From the NCBI GenBank assembly GCA_002477825.1, contig DLKT01000014.1, positions 1,825 through 65,824 of the forward strand: a DNA stretch of 64,000 nt, given 5' to 3'. Of this stretch, positions 36,345 through 47,359 are shown one piece after another. This DNA comes from Bacillales bacterium UBA7581 (GTDB lineage Bacteria; Bacillota_I; Bacilli_A; RFN20; CAG-826). The notes beneath the pieces are model-generated. The model was not told where the DNA came from. It made no database searches and saw only the letters and a list, made by a program, of their open reading frames with translations. Made by a program: the position numbers and the translations under genes. Positions within the stretch are counted from its first letter, which is position 1; every line of letters starts with the position of its first letter.

Positions 36345-37262
36345 TTATTCCTTATCTTTATCAAAGAATAGTTGATTATTTTCAAAAACAAAACCCATAC
36401 AGAGGTAGCATGATTTCGTATAATCAAATTCTTCGATTTTTTCCCAATTTACGCCGCCCCAGCAATCACCTAAATAGTACAGAAATCCATTATGTTCAAA
36501 GATAAATGCAGGTTGACTATGGTAAGTATTGAAATTTCCAATGTTTTGGAGCTCACTCCAATTTCCTTCAATACTTTCCGCCGTTGCATACTGACATTGA
36601 TTCGGTAACCATCCAGTACAATAAGAAGTTAACAAATAATAAATTCCATCCTTTTTCATTAACGCTGGTGCTTCTCGATATAAGCCAATAAATAACTTTT
36701 GTACTAGACAATCAATAGAAAGATAATCTGCACTTAATCGATAGATATGCAAGTCTTGATTATCATTACTTGCGGAAATAAAGTAAGCAGTACCATCTTC
36801 TTTTTGATATAAGGTGCAATCTCTTGACATATAATCTAATGGTCGGAAGGCTCCTCGATAGGTAAAGCCATGATCAGGATAATTGGAAGTTGCAATCGCC
36901 GCCATAGCGTCTAAATAGTCTTTTCCATTTTCAAAATGCATCCACATCACGAATTGCTTGGTTTCTTTATTATAAATAACCTTTGGTCTTTCTAAATTTA
37001 CCTTTGTTCCGTCAGTGTTAATTAAGTTATGTTTGATTTTTCCTTTATTAAAAGGCACAACGGGCGTAAGTGTTGTAATAATTGCACCTAGGTCTTCCCA
37101 ATCTTTTAAATCTTTTGAGCGATAACAATGAACGTAGTAATTTTCGTTTCGATCTTCCCCATACCAATAATACATCCCTTCATGATAAAGAAGATGTCCG
37201 CCATGCGCTTCCACACGCTTTCCATTTTGATCTACAAAAGAAATTACTTCATTATTCTTCAT
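36345..37262 (-). CDS. Glycoside hydrolase family 43 (exo-beta-1,3-galactanase-like subfamily), cytosolic
   Basis: No signal peptide. AHGGHLLYHEGMYYWYGEDR, ERPKVIYNKETKQFVMWMH and REAPALMKKDGIYYLLTSYCTGW resemble the GH43 five-bladed propeller. Confidence 0.65.
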   Translation of the reverse strand: MKNNEVISFVDQNGKRVEAHGGHLLYHEGMYYWYGEDRNENYYVHCYRSKDLKDWEDLGAIITTLTPVVPFNKGKIKHNLINTDGTKVNLERPKVIYNKETKQFVMWMHFENGKDYLDAMAAIATSNYPDHGFTYRGAFRPLDYMSRDCTLYQKEDGTAYFISASNDNQDLHIYRLSADYLSIDCLVQKLFIGLYREAPALMKKDGIYYLLTSYCTGWLPNQCQYATAESIEGNWSELQNIGNFNTYHSQPAFIFEHNGFLYYLGDCWGGVNWEKIEEFDYTKSCYLCMGFVFENNQLFFDKDKE

Positions 37263-39327
37263 AAGTCACCTCAAAAAGACGTGCAGAACCCTCTTTTTCT
37301 GGATAGAAAATCAATTCATTTTCCTTTACTTCATATTTGGTTAATAAATCTAAAGGATAGGCAAGTCGAATTTCTTTTACTTTCTTTAAACGAAGACGGA
37401 TTGGCTTTAATCCTTTCATGTTATAAACCCAAATATAAGCTTTATTTTGCTTTTTTAAACCAAAGGCTAAATGATTGTCCATATAAGAAGATAGTCCTAA
37501 TGGGAAAATAGGGACGCCTTGATTACGAATTTCATCTAATTGATGATAGAAAGCAAGGCAGTTTTTGATTCTTTTTTGTTTTTCTTCACTCAATAAATAG
37601 AGTTTGCTTGCTAAATGCACTCTTCCTATCATAGCGTTTAATAAATTCATATTTACCGCTTCATCATCAATTTGTTCATCCGCTAACGACTCTACTTTGG
37701 GATAACACCAAATTCCTGCTTGTTCAGGTAAAATAGCTGTTAATAAATTAGCGATAATATAAGGATAAATGCGGTAATCGGTTTGATCGGAAGTAGAAGC
37801 TAAATTGACATTGCTTAATGTGAGATAGTCTAAACGATTACCTCCTGAAGCACAACTTTCAATGAGTAAATCTGGATGTTTTTTTCCAACTTCATTAATG
37901 AGCTCATAATAGGCGCGGTTATGTTCTAAAAGAGCTTCACCATAACCATCTTCTGCATCTAAACCAACACCAGGTTCAATATTATAATCGAGTTTAATAT
38001 AACCGATTCCATATCTTTCTACCAATTCATCAATTTTTTTAAGAATTCCTTGTTGCACTTTAGGATTTCTAAAGTCGAGTTGATAGCGATTGGAAACAAC
38101 TAAACGCTTTCCATTTCGATGGAAATAGCAATCTTCGTCCCAAATGGAAGAAGCATCGCCTAAAGCGCCTACCACTTCTGGTTCCATCCATAAGCCTGGT
38201 TTTAATCCTAAAGAGCGAATGTAGTCTAATGTATTATTTAATCCTTCCGGATATTTTTTCTTACTTTCTTCCCAGCGTCCGACATGGTAAAAAGGATTAA
38301 TCTCTTCATCATGCCATCCGCAATCAATGACGAAATAATCTGCGCCCATTCTTTTCGCAATTGGCGCTAAAGCATAAGCGGTTTCTTTAGAAGGACAATT
38401 CCATGACGCAAACATATATTCATTAAAGATAATAGGGCTTTCTTTCGCGTCATTTAATCTTTGAGCAATCTTTCTACGATAAAGGGTCATGTTTTGGAAA
38501 CATTCTTCTTCCTCTTTACCTGAAGTTAAAGCAATTTTTACGGATACAAATTCTTCCTTTGGCTTTAAAGTCTTTTGCCAACCGTTTTCTTCTAAAGTCG
38601 GTCCCGAAAGATTTAAAGTGACATTGCCGTTTAAATCTCCGAGTTCATAACTCCAACTACCATTTGCTTCAATTTGCCATAAGAAACTCTTTTTGATTTT
38701 TTTATCTTTTAATAAGCCCATCGGCAAATAATTCTTAGAAGACCATGCGCCTGTATTACTTACACAATATTTTTTAAAGTTTTTTAATTCATTGCAAGAA
38801 ACAATTCCGATATCTAAAAGTCGATAAGCTTTCCATTGACATTCTAAATACCAAGAGTTATGGGGAACGAATAATTCTGCTGTATCATAATGGTAATAGC
38901 CAATCATGTCTTTTTTCGCAAAGCTACTTACATATTCTAAAGTAATGGGACTTGAAGCAATATTTTTCACTTTGACAAAAGAACGAATCGTATGCGCCTC
39001 TTGATAAAATTCATAATAAGAAACAACTTCAATCCATTGGTTCTTTTGATGAATTTTTAATATCTTTCCATATTCCGTTTTTTTGATGGAATGCGAAACG
39101 TAACTTAGCGTTTCACTTTCCGAAGTAAAAATATGGCGGTCTCCACAATGTTGGGTTGTTTTATTTCCGCTAATAGAAATTTCAACAGGATTTGAAAAAT
39201 TTTCAATAAAATATTTTTGGTTAGGGGTTAATTCATATTTGGGTTCATCATATAAATGAATTTTATTTTGATCATCAATCACGAACCATAATTTTAATTT
39301 TTTATCGCCAAAAGTAAATGTTTTCAT
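37252..39327 (-). CDS. GH36-family alpha-galactosidase-like glycosidase
   Basis: FVIDCGWH, YIKLDYN and ESCASGGNRLD motifs, typical of the GH36 catalytic barrel. Confidence 0.75.
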   Translation of the reverse strand: MKTFTFGDKKLKLWFVIDDQNKIHLYDEPKYELTPNQKYFIENFSNPVEISISGNKTTQHCGDRHIFTSESETLSYVSHSIKKTEYGKILKIHQKNQWIEVVSYYEFYQEAHTIRSFVKVKNIASSPITLEYVSSFAKKDMIGYYHYDTAELFVPHNSWYLECQWKAYRLLDIGIVSCNELKNFKKYCVSNTGAWSSKNYLPMGLLKDKKIKKSFLWQIEANGSWSYELGDLNGNVTLNLSGPTLEENGWQKTLKPKEEFVSVKIALTSGKEEEECFQNMTLYRRKIAQRLNDAKESPIIFNEYMFASWNCPSKETAYALAPIAKRMGADYFVIDCGWHDEEINPFYHVGRWEESKKKYPEGLNNTLDYIRSLGLKPGLWMEPEVVGALGDASSIWDEDCYFHRNGKRLVVSNRYQLDFRNPKVQQGILKKIDELVERYGIGYIKLDYNIEPGVGLDAEDGYGEALLEHNRAYYELINEVGKKHPDLLIESCASGGNRLDYLTLSNVNLASTSDQTDYRIYPYIIANLLTAILPEQAGIWCYPKVESLADEQIDDEAVNMNLLNAMIGRVHLASKLYLLSEEKQKRIKNCLAFYHQLDEIRNQGVPIFPLGLSSYMDNHLAFGLKKQNKAYIWVYNMKGLKPIRLRLKKVKEIRLAYPLDLLTKYEVKENELIFYPEKEGSARLFEVTYEE

Positions 39328-39336
39328 ATTGCTTTC

Positions 39337-40521
39337 CTATTTTAATAAATTCATGGTGGTTTCTTTGGAGAAGTAATGAGCTAATTCATCTGCCCAATAG
39401 AAATAAATCTTTTCTCCTGCTTTTAAACGTTCTAGTTCTTCTTTTTTAATTTCAATGGTGGGAACAATGACGATAATATTTTTCATTTGCCCCGCGTTAA
39501 TATGAAGGTGAATCATGCTACCCATTGATTCGGTAACCAATATTTCTCCTTCAAGTGCATCTTTTTTCGGTTTAAAGGATATTTTCATGTGTTCAGGACG
39601 AATACCTAAAACAAAATCACAATCCGTAATACTCTTTTCAATAAATTGGCTGACTAAATCATCGCTGATTGGAAGAGGAACGCCATTGATGATCACTTTT
39701 TTACGATTTAATGAGAGATGGGCATCAAGAAAGTTCATTTGAGGTGTCCCAATAAAGCCCGCTACAAAGAGGTTACTTGGTTGATAGAACACTTCATCTG
39801 GAGTTCCGATTTGTTGCACTAATCCATCTTTCATAATGACAATTCGATCACCTAACGTCATAGCTTCGGTTTGGTCATGGGTTACATAAATGAAAGTGGT
39901 GTTAATTCTTTTTCGTAATAAAATGAGTTCTGCCCGCATTTGGTTTCTTAATTTAGCGTCCAAGTTGCTTAATGGTTCATCCATCAAGAAGACTTTTGGA
40001 TTTCTAACAATCGCACGACCAATGGCCACTCTTTGTCGTTGTCCGCCGGAAAGAGCTTTGGGTTTGCGAGAAAGATAATCTTCAATTTCTAGCATTCTTG
40101 CGGCCGCCATAACTTTTTCATGTATTTCATCTTTCTTTAATTTCCGATAAATAATTTTCTTCGTTTTTTGATGTGTCTTTTTATCTTCCACTTCAACTTC
40201 AAAAGGGAATTTTCTGAGTTTTAAAGAAAAAGCCATATTTTTATAAACAGTCATATGTGGATATAAAGCATAGTTTTGGAAAACCATAGCAATATCGCGA
40301 TTTTTTGGCTCAACATAGTTCACCAAATTATCACCAATATAGATTTCTCCAGCCGTAATGGATTCAAGTCCTGCAATCATTCGAAGAGTGGTCGTTTTTC
40401 CACATCCGGAAGGGCCGACAAAGACAATAAATTCCTTATCTTCAATTTTTAAAGAAAAATCATTAACAGCAATGACATCTCCAAATATTTTATAAACATT
40501 TTTTAATTCGACTGTGGCCAT
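39337..40521 (-). CDS. Sugar ABC transporter ATP-binding protein (MsmK/MalK/UgpC type) with an internal insertion
   Basis: Walker A GPSGCGKTT, Q-loop, LSGGQRQRVA, Walker B FLMDEPLSNLD, H-loop THDQ, and a C-terminal TOBE-like domain. Confidence 0.92.
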   Translation of the reverse strand: MATVELKNVYKIFGDVIAVNDFSLKIEDKEFIVFVGPSGCGKTTTLRMIAGLESITAGEIYIGDNLVNYVEPKNRDIAMVFQNYALYPHMTVYKNMAFSLKLRKFPFEVEVEDKKTHQKTKKIIYRKLKKDEIHEKVMAAARMLEIEDYLSRKPKALSGGQRQRVAIGRAIVRNPKVFLMDEPLSNLDAKLRNQMRAELILLRKRINTTFIYVTHDQTEAMTLGDRIVIMKDGLVQQIGTPDEVFYQPSNLFVAGFIGTPQMNFLDAHLSLNRKKVIINGVPLPISDDLVSQFIEKSITDCDFVLGIRPEHMKISFKPKKDALEGEILVTESMGSMIHLHINAGQMKNIIVIVPTIEIKKEELERLKAGEKIYFYWADELAHYFSKETTMNLLK

Positions 40522-40536
40522 TTCTTGTTACCTCCA

Positions 40537-42783
40537 TTAATAACTATAATAAACGCGGTGTGTAACTTCTTTATTTTGAAGTTTAAACACGGGTTCAGTT
40601 AATTCTTTTCCATCATATAAACAGTGCATAACTCCTGTTTTTTCTATCGTAATTTCAAAAGTTTCTTTTTGCATTACTCTTTTAATTTTCACTTTTTTCC
40701 ACGCTGATGGTAGACATGGTCTTAATATCAAAGCATCATACGATGCATCAATTCCTAATAACATTTCCGTAATATCTTTATATAACCAACCTGCCGTTCC
40801 CGTAATCCAAGATAAAGGAGCGTATCCTTTTAATGGCTCACATTCTGGACCAATAAACATATTGGATGTTGCATACGGTTCCATACCTGAATCTGGATTT
40901 TTAGGATTATCGTAGCGGATACTTAAAAGTGTTTCATAAGCTCGATCTGCTTCTTTTAGTTTTAAATCTGCAGCGATTTTAAAGGCAACTCCATGCAAAT
41001 AACATGAGCCATTTTCATAAGTTCCAGGTTGGAAATAAGACGCTCTTCCGATATGGTCATCGCCTTTAGAATAAGAAGGATAAACTTGTACATATCCAAA
41101 AGGCGCTTTTAACTTTTGGTCAATCACTTTACATAGTTTTAATGCTTCTTCTTTTGAAACAATATCCGCTAAAATAGCCCAGGTTTGTGGATTTAAATAG
41201 ATTTGGCCTTCTTTCGTTTCATAAGAACCAATCTTTTCACCCTCATCGTTATAACCATAAATAAAGTGATCTTTATTCCATCCATAAGTAAGGATGGTTT
41301 TTTTCATTTCTTCTGCTCTTTCTAAATAAGAAGAATAGTCAATAGAAAGATGATAATGATTAATAATTTCTTCTAAATCATGTACCGCTTTTATCGTAGC
41401 GATACTTAGCCAAACGCTTTCGCCTTTTCCTTTTCTTCCACAATTATTTAAAGAGTCATTCCAGTCTCCACCGCCCCAAAGGGTTAAATGATGTTCTCCT
41501 TTTTGATTGAGTAAGAAATCAAGACCTTTGAGCATATGTTCTAAAACCGTTTCTTCTTTCTCATCATCATAATAAGCGACTTTTTCTTCTAGAATCGTAG
41601 CGTCATTACTCTCTTTTAAATAAGAAAGAATGGTAGCAGGAATCCAACATGCCCCATCGCGATAAGGATAATCAAAAATAGGATCAAATTGACGAATGGT
41701 ATTTCCATCTTTCTTTTGGTAGCGGAGAGTATGTAAAATTCTTTCTCTTGCTAATGATGAATCTAATGAAACAAATGCAGAAATATCTTGCATCACATCA
41801 CGGAAACCTTTTCCATAAACTCTTCCCCAGGTTTTTCCTAAAGCAATTTGACGTTTTAACCAAGTATTCACTTGAATATTTAAAATAGGGTCTGGTGTTT
41901 CTACTTCGAATACTTTTTCCATTTGCTCAGCTTCTTTTTGATATAGCTTTAACTCTTTTTCAAAGTACTCTTTGGTCACTTGTTTTTCAATTTGAGCAAG
42001 TTCTGCATCAATATTTTGACTTACGCCAATACCTAAATGAATTTCTTTTATTTCTTTAGGTTTTAACGTAACTTTAAAATGCAAAGCCGCGACAAACTGA
42101 TCTTCAAAGGTGGTTTCTTTAGAAGATAGTTGATCTTGTTCTAGTCCAATGGGATGATCATAATTTCGATAAAATCCTTTAAAGAATCTTCCACTTACAT
42201 CAAAGGATTCAATAGGATAATCCGCTTTGTTATACACATAAACATATTGATCTTCAATTTCATAACCGACATGCGAGAAACGAAGCATATTGTTTTTCTT
42301 ATCGAATTTTCCTGTATTATAAGCCGTATGCCAAGTGACATTGACGTGGGGCCTTAAAAGATGATAAACATCATAATTTTCTAAAGAATCATGTAAATTT
42401 TCTAACGTAATCTTTAATAGTTCTTGATAACCTTCATGGGGAACCATGATGGTATAAGTAACTTTTAAGCCTTGATAAATACTTTCAATTTTTTGATAGC
42501 CAATTCCCACATGGGAACAGAATAAATCAAAAGGTAAATCGTCATAATTACGATTGGGAGAATAATACATTTTTGTTTTGGCATTTTTTACATATACTAA
42601 ATGCTCTTCAAAATCTAAAGGTTTAAACCCTGTTGGCATTTGCATTTGAGGCACACCAAAACCAAATTGATCATAATTTGCCACCACGTTTTGATTCCAT
42701 AAATAATTTTTTAATGGTCGAACGGGGTGCATATTCGTAATGACATATTCCCTTTTTTCTTTATCAAAATATCCTGTTTCCAT
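40537..42783 (-). CDS. GH94-like glycoside phosphorylase (cellobiose/chitobiose/laminaribiose-phosphorylase-like)
   Basis: The N-terminus GYFDKEKREYVITNMHPVRPLKNYLWN resembles GH94 N-domains. GGGDWNDSLN matches the catalytic-Asp region. No signal peptide. Confidence 0.6.
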   Translation of the reverse strand: METGYFDKEKREYVITNMHPVRPLKNYLWNQNVVANYDQFGFGVPQMQMPTGFKPLDFEEHLVYVKNAKTKMYYSPNRNYDDLPFDLFCSHVGIGYQKIESIYQGLKVTYTIMVPHEGYQELLKITLENLHDSLENYDVYHLLRPHVNVTWHTAYNTGKFDKKNNMLRFSHVGYEIEDQYVYVYNKADYPIESFDVSGRFFKGFYRNYDHPIGLEQDQLSSKETTFEDQFVAALHFKVTLKPKEIKEIHLGIGVSQNIDAELAQIEKQVTKEYFEKELKLYQKEAEQMEKVFEVETPDPILNIQVNTWLKRQIALGKTWGRVYGKGFRDVMQDISAFVSLDSSLARERILHTLRYQKKDGNTIRQFDPIFDYPYRDGACWIPATILSYLKESNDATILEEKVAYYDDEKEETVLEHMLKGLDFLLNQKGEHHLTLWGGGDWNDSLNNCGRKGKGESVWLSIATIKAVHDLEEIINHYHLSIDYSSYLERAEEMKKTILTYGWNKDHFIYGYNDEGEKIGSYETKEGQIYLNPQTWAILADIVSKEEALKLCKVIDQKLKAPFGYVQVYPSYSKGDDHIGRASYFQPGTYENGSCYLHGVAFKIAADLKLKEADRAYETLLSIRYDNPKNPDSGMEPYATSNMFIGPECEPLKGYAPLSWITGTAGWLYKDITEMLLGIDASYDALILRPCLPSAWKKVKIKRVMQKETFEITIEKTGVMHCLYDGKELTEPVFKLQNKEVTHRVYYSY

Positions 42784-42793
42784 ATTGAAATTC

Positions 42794-44695
42794 CTATAAT
42801 GTTACTTTAATTTTTAGTGCTTTTCCATATACGCCTGTATCCGAAACGGGTACGATAACGTAATAATGATCACCACTCGTTGATGGTGAATAAGAGAATG
42901 TTGGTTCGGTTACTTGGCCTACCATTTTACGATAATCCATATCTTCATCCATGGCTAAATCAAAAATGTTGTAGTGCCAGACACTTCCCTTATTTTCTTT
43001 CCAGTTAATGGTTAATTTTTCTTTTTCATACGTCACTTTTGGATTATAGGGATTCGCTGGATAGCTTTCATCCACTAATTCATAAGTAGCGTTTAAGTCT
43101 CTTTTTTGCCATGCTTCAAAAGTTTGACCACGAGAAGGACGGTAAGGTTGAGCGCCTTCATCGATGTTGATATTCACCGCTTCGGTACTCTCTAATACTT
43201 TAAAAGTACTCGTATCGTAGCTATAGTATTTATTGCTATCAAACTTGTACCAAGGTAAAGAGGCATCAACATTTACAAATGTAGTGTCTGAAGGATCTTC
43301 ACCTAAATAGACAAGGTGATTGTTATTAAATTCATTACCAGAAAAATCTTCATCACCATTCGAAGGTTTAACTAAGAATAAACTATTATTTTTCGCAGTA
43401 TGACGAATTAAGTTGTCTTCAATTTTTAAATCTTTGACCGCATGCATACTTTCATCTACACAAGCATAACGAGAAGTAAAGTTAGTGATAGAAATTGCAC
43501 CTGGGTGATTGGTTTCACCACGGCAATTTTCAATGCGGTTATTACGAATAAAGCTTTGTTGATTGGCCATCGTTCCTACGCCTGGTCCTTGGCAATCATG
43601 TAAGTAGTTATATTGCACATTAACATTAATGGTGTTCCAGTCAATATCAATACCCATTGCATCATAACCAGTTTTTTGATCAAAAACGTTATAGCACTCA
43701 TTGAATAAAATATCACAATTCTTTGTGCCTAACGCCATGATTCCGCATTCACCTTCCATGACTTGGTTTTCTTCAAAAACACCCGTATCATGCACTAAAT
43801 TACGGTTAATGGTAGAATCGGTACACGCTAAGATGTAGATACCAATACAACCAACGTTATAAACGACATTGTTATCAAAATAGAAGTTTTTATATAAATC
43901 CATTAAAGAGTTATTTTGGTTAATCTTTTCACTGGATAACCAACCACTAGCGACAATGCCGCTTCGTCCAAGATCATGAACGTTATTCATTTTTACATAA
44001 GCGTTGGTTAAAATACCACGAGGCGAAGATTCCGCTGTACTTTCTAAAGAACTGATGGTAATTCCCATCAAATTATCTTGAGTACTACTACCTTCTACTT
44101 CGTTATTAATGATATAAATATTACGATATTTCGTATCTCCTACATAAGAATAATAGAAGCGAATACCTGTTCTACAATCGTTAGGATTAGTGCCACGGTT
44201 TACGCCTTTTACTTTGACTTTTAAATCACGAACAACAACGTTACTTGCTTTTTCAATATTAATCGTGTGTCCGATTGTTGATTCAATAATTGGTCTTTCA
44301 CCTTCCCCATAAGAGGCAAAAGTAATAGGATTATCATCTTCACCACTAATATTAGAGAATGTAAGATTTCCTTTAAAAGTTTCACCTTTATGGAATAAAA
44401 CAGAATCGCCTGCTTTTAAAGTTAAAGCGTTCACTTCTTCTAAAGTTTTAAAAGGTGCTTCTAGAGTGCCATTTGAAACGCCTTGAAAGGAGGAGGATAC
44501 ATAGTAATTATCTCCAGTAGATAAAGGATAAAGCTTTTCTTCATTTTCTAAATTAGAAGTAAATGAGAAGGAATGCGTTTCCGCTATACCTTTAACGGAT
44601 GAATAACCTTCATTTTTCATATTTGTTTCTGTAGCGCATCCACACATTGCTCCAATAAGAAGGGCTACACATGTCCATTTTTTTATTTTTTTCAT
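42794..44695 (-). CDS. Right-handed parallel beta-helix lipoprotein (candidate polysaccharide lyase/hydrolase) with a C-terminal FN3-like domain
   Basis: Lipobox AMCGC. Repeated PbH1-like turns (NNEVEGS, NNRIENCRG, DNNVVYNVG). Confidence 0.6.
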   Translation of the reverse strand: MKKIKKWTCVALLIGAMCGCATETNMKNEGYSSVKGIAETHSFSFTSNLENEEKLYPLSTGDNYYVSSSFQGVSNGTLEAPFKTLEEVNALTLKAGDSVLFHKGETFKGNLTFSNISGEDDNPITFASYGEGERPIIESTIGHTINIEKASNVVVRDLKVKVKGVNRGTNPNDCRTGIRFYYSYVGDTKYRNIYIINNEVEGSSTQDNLMGITISSLESTAESSPRGILTNAYVKMNNVHDLGRSGIVASGWLSSEKINQNNSLMDLYKNFYFDNNVVYNVGCIGIYILACTDSTINRNLVHDTGVFEENQVMEGECGIMALGTKNCDILFNECYNVFDQKTGYDAMGIDIDWNTINVNVQYNYLHDCQGPGVGTMANQQSFIRNNRIENCRGETNHPGAISITNFTSRYACVDESMHAVKDLKIEDNLIRHTAKNNSLFLVKPSNGDEDFSGNEFNNNHLVYLGEDPSDTTFVNVDASLPWYKFDSNKYYSYDTSTFKVLESTEAVNINIDEGAQPYRPSRGQTFEAWQKRDLNATYELVDESYPANPYNPKVTYEKEKLTINWKENKGSVWHYNIFDLAMDEDMDYRKMVGQVTEPTFSYSPSTSGDHYYVIVPVSDTGVYGKALKIKVTL

Positions 44696-44712
44696 TTGGT
44701 GTGACGCTCCTT

Positions 44713-46407
44713 TTATTTGTTAAAAATATTTTTAGCGGATTCATTCATTGCGGTAATATAAGAAGAACCTTGAGTATTATATTTTCTTACGAAATTGCTC
44801 CAAATTTGATTTCTCTTATCTGTTGTTGTGTTGCTAATAATATTTTTGAAATTGGTTTCAATTAAATCTTCTAATGCTGATACTGTCGTAGCGTAAGAAG
44901 TATCCACTGTACAATAATCTAATGGGTTGGTCACTAAATATTGGCTTTCCCAAGCATTTAATAATTGCATTTGTTCATCGCGGTGTTCCATTTGTTCTGG
45001 AATATTCGTTGACCAAGAAACCATACCTTTAATACGGTAAGCACCTGGTGCCACGGTTTCATCATAAAGGGTCTTTGGATAACCTGCTTTATCATTCCCT
45101 AATAAACTAACGATTTCTCCACTTGTACCATCAATACGATAATGAGTTCCTTCAATACCATAGTTTAATAATCTTTGGCCTTCCTCTGAAAGCATCCAAT
45201 CCATAATGGAAAGAATTACTCTTTTCTTATTACGCGTTAAGTCATTGTTAATAGCACGGAAGCCATAGTTATTGGAATAACCGAACATGGTCTTTTGACC
45301 AAACGCATTTGTGACAACTGGCATAGCGCGTACGACATCTGATAAAGATGTTGTACTATCGGTATAACTCATCATTAAGTCTAAAATGCCTTTACCCATT
45401 GGGTAGGTCGCATTATAACACATCATACCTGCAACACCATTTACGAATTCGTTTTTCATAACGGATTGCGTGGTTGTCGTTGCGTAGTTTGAGTTGATAT
45501 AACCATTATCAAACATTTTAGCAATGTAATCTAAAGCTGTTTTCATATTATCGGAAGTACAATCAGGTTCATAGGACTGAGTTGTTTCATTATAATGCCA
45601 ACCATCCCAAATCACATTGAACATACTGAATAACGGATACCACCAATAAACACCGCCATCTTTTGTTAAAACGTAACCATAAGTATCGTTTTCACCATTG
45701 TTATCTGGATCACCTAAAGTATAACCTTCTACTAAATCATAGAAGTTTTCATAGTTGAAGGATGGATCTTCAGGATCCACTAAATCTCTTCCGCTTTTTG
45801 GTTTATATTTCTTCGCTACTAAATTCGTGTACCAGTCACGACGATAATATAAAGCATGTTCATTGATGCGGTTAGAATCCGTATTACTATTCATTACGAT
45901 TGGATAAGAATAATAATCGCCACCTAAATACGCTTTCATTTCTGCTTCTGGGAATCTTTCAAAAGCAGCTTTTAAATTAGGATAATCATTTAAATATGGT
46001 GAATAATTAAATAAATACTTATCATCTAACCAAGTGGAATAAGAAGGTTCACTATGGTCATGGAAGAAAACGTCAGGAACATCACCGCCACCAATATATT
46101 GGTTTAAAACGTTTTCCCAAGAGGATGTTGAACCCGTTAAGTATTTAAAAGAAACATTAAACTTATTTTCAATGTAATCAATAATTAACTTGGTATCTTT
46201 GGTTTGCGATTGCAGACTATCTAAGTCAATACCAAAGAAAGAAATGATAAGTTTTCCGTCTTTATCATACTTATCAGGAATGACATCTTGTTGACCAGGG
46301 TCACGGTCATCATCACTCGTACCACCTGGTTGTTCCGTGCTTCCACAGCCTACGCAAGCACCTAAAATCATCAACGAACTTAGAACTCCTAAAATTGATT
46401 TTTTCAT
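44713..46407 (-). CDS. Extracellular solute-binding lipoprotein (LplA-like, ABC sugar uptake)
   Basis: Start at the ATG at 46407 (AAGGAG 8 nt upstream). Lipobox LGACVGC. About 560 aa, as for LplA/YtcQ-type binding proteins. Adjacent to the permeases. Confidence 0.8.
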   Translation of the reverse strand: MKKSILGVLSSLMILGACVGCGSTEQPGGTSDDDRDPGQQDVIPDKYDKDGKLIISFFGIDLDSLQSQTKDTKLIIDYIENKFNVSFKYLTGSTSSWENVLNQYIGGGDVPDVFFHDHSEPSYSTWLDDKYLFNYSPYLNDYPNLKAAFERFPEAEMKAYLGGDYYSYPIVMNSNTDSNRINEHALYYRRDWYTNLVAKKYKPKSGRDLVDPEDPSFNYENFYDLVEGYTLGDPDNNGENDTYGYVLTKDGGVYWWYPLFSMFNVIWDGWHYNETTQSYEPDCTSDNMKTALDYIAKMFDNGYINSNYATTTTQSVMKNEFVNGVAGMMCYNATYPMGKGILDLMMSYTDSTTSLSDVVRAMPVVTNAFGQKTMFGYSNNYGFRAINNDLTRNKKRVILSIMDWMLSEEGQRLLNYGIEGTHYRIDGTSGEIVSLLGNDKAGYPKTLYDETVAPGAYRIKGMVSWSTNIPEQMEHRDEQMQLLNAWESQYLVTNPLDYCTVDTSYATTVSALEDLIETNFKNIISNTTTDKRNQIWSNFVRKYNTQGSSYITAMNESAKNIFNK

Positions 46408-46436
46408 AAATTTATCTCCTTTCAATTTTTGAAAAT

Positions 46437-47357
46437 TTAACCTTTAATTGAGCCAATCATAACACCTTTAGTAAAGTGTTTTTGTAAGAATGGATAGATA
46501 ATAATAATTGGTAATGTTGATACCACAATTGCAGCATACTGTACGGATTCTCCAATGACTTCTACCATTCCACTACCAGGGTCAACGTTCGCCCCTGTTG
46601 ATTTTTCAATAATGACCTGTAGCGTATATGCCATCGGTCTCTTTAATGGGTCTTGAATAAATAACATTGTCGTAAACCAGTTATTCCATACACCGACAGC
46701 AATAAATAAAGCTATCGTAGCAAGAATCGCTTTTGATAAAGGTAACACCACTTTGATAAAAGCGCCTAATTCACCCGTACCATCAATCTTCGCAGCTTCT
46801 AATAGTTCTTGTGGGAAGCTTTGGAAGAAGGACTTCATAATCAATACGTTATAAATAGAAATAAAAGAAGGAACAATTAAGACAAGGATATTATCTAAAA
46901 GTCCTAATTCACGAATCACTAAATAATAAGGAATCATACCACCGCCAAAATACATGGTGAAGATATAGAAGAAATGAAAGAATTTCTTTCCTGGTAACGT
47001 TTTTTTACTTAATGCATAAGCGGTAATTGTTGTGATAATTAATTGATAGATTGTATCAGTAACCGTTACAAACACTGAGTTTAAAAACGCTCTTCCGAAG
47101 TTATACGTCTTATCTTGGAAAATGGTTTTATATCCTTCAAACTGCCATGTTTTTGGCCACCAAAATGATTTAGAAGAAATAATTTCTTTGTCGGTCATAA
47201 AGGATTTAACTAAGATTTCCCAAAGCGGATAAATCATAGAGAATCCAATTAACACTAACAAAACCACATTGATAAAACGTAAGACTTTGGTCCCTGTTAT
47301 CTTAAATTTCTTTTTTGGTTTCTGGGCTTCTAGTTTTTTTAATAATTCTTTATCCAT
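46437..47357 (-). CDS. Carbohydrate ABC transporter permease (LplC/YtcP-like)
   Basis: Six-TM MalG-type permease with an EAA loop (EAAKIDGTGELGAF). Confidence 0.88.
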   Translation of the reverse strand: MDKELLKKLEAQKPKKKFKITGTKVLRFINVVLLVLIGFSMIYPLWEILVKSFMTDKEIISSKSFWWPKTWQFEGYKTIFQDKTYNFGRAFLNSVFVTVTDTIYQLIITTITAYALSKKTLPGKKFFHFFYIFTMYFGGGMIPYYLVIRELGLLDNILVLIVPSFISIYNVLIMKSFFQSFPQELLEAAKIDGTGELGAFIKVVLPLSKAILATIALFIAVGVWNNWFTTMLFIQDPLKRPMAYTLQVIIEKSTGANVDPGSGMVEVIGESVQYAAIVVSTLPIIIIYPFLQKHFTKGVMIGSIKG

Positions 47358-47359
47358 AA

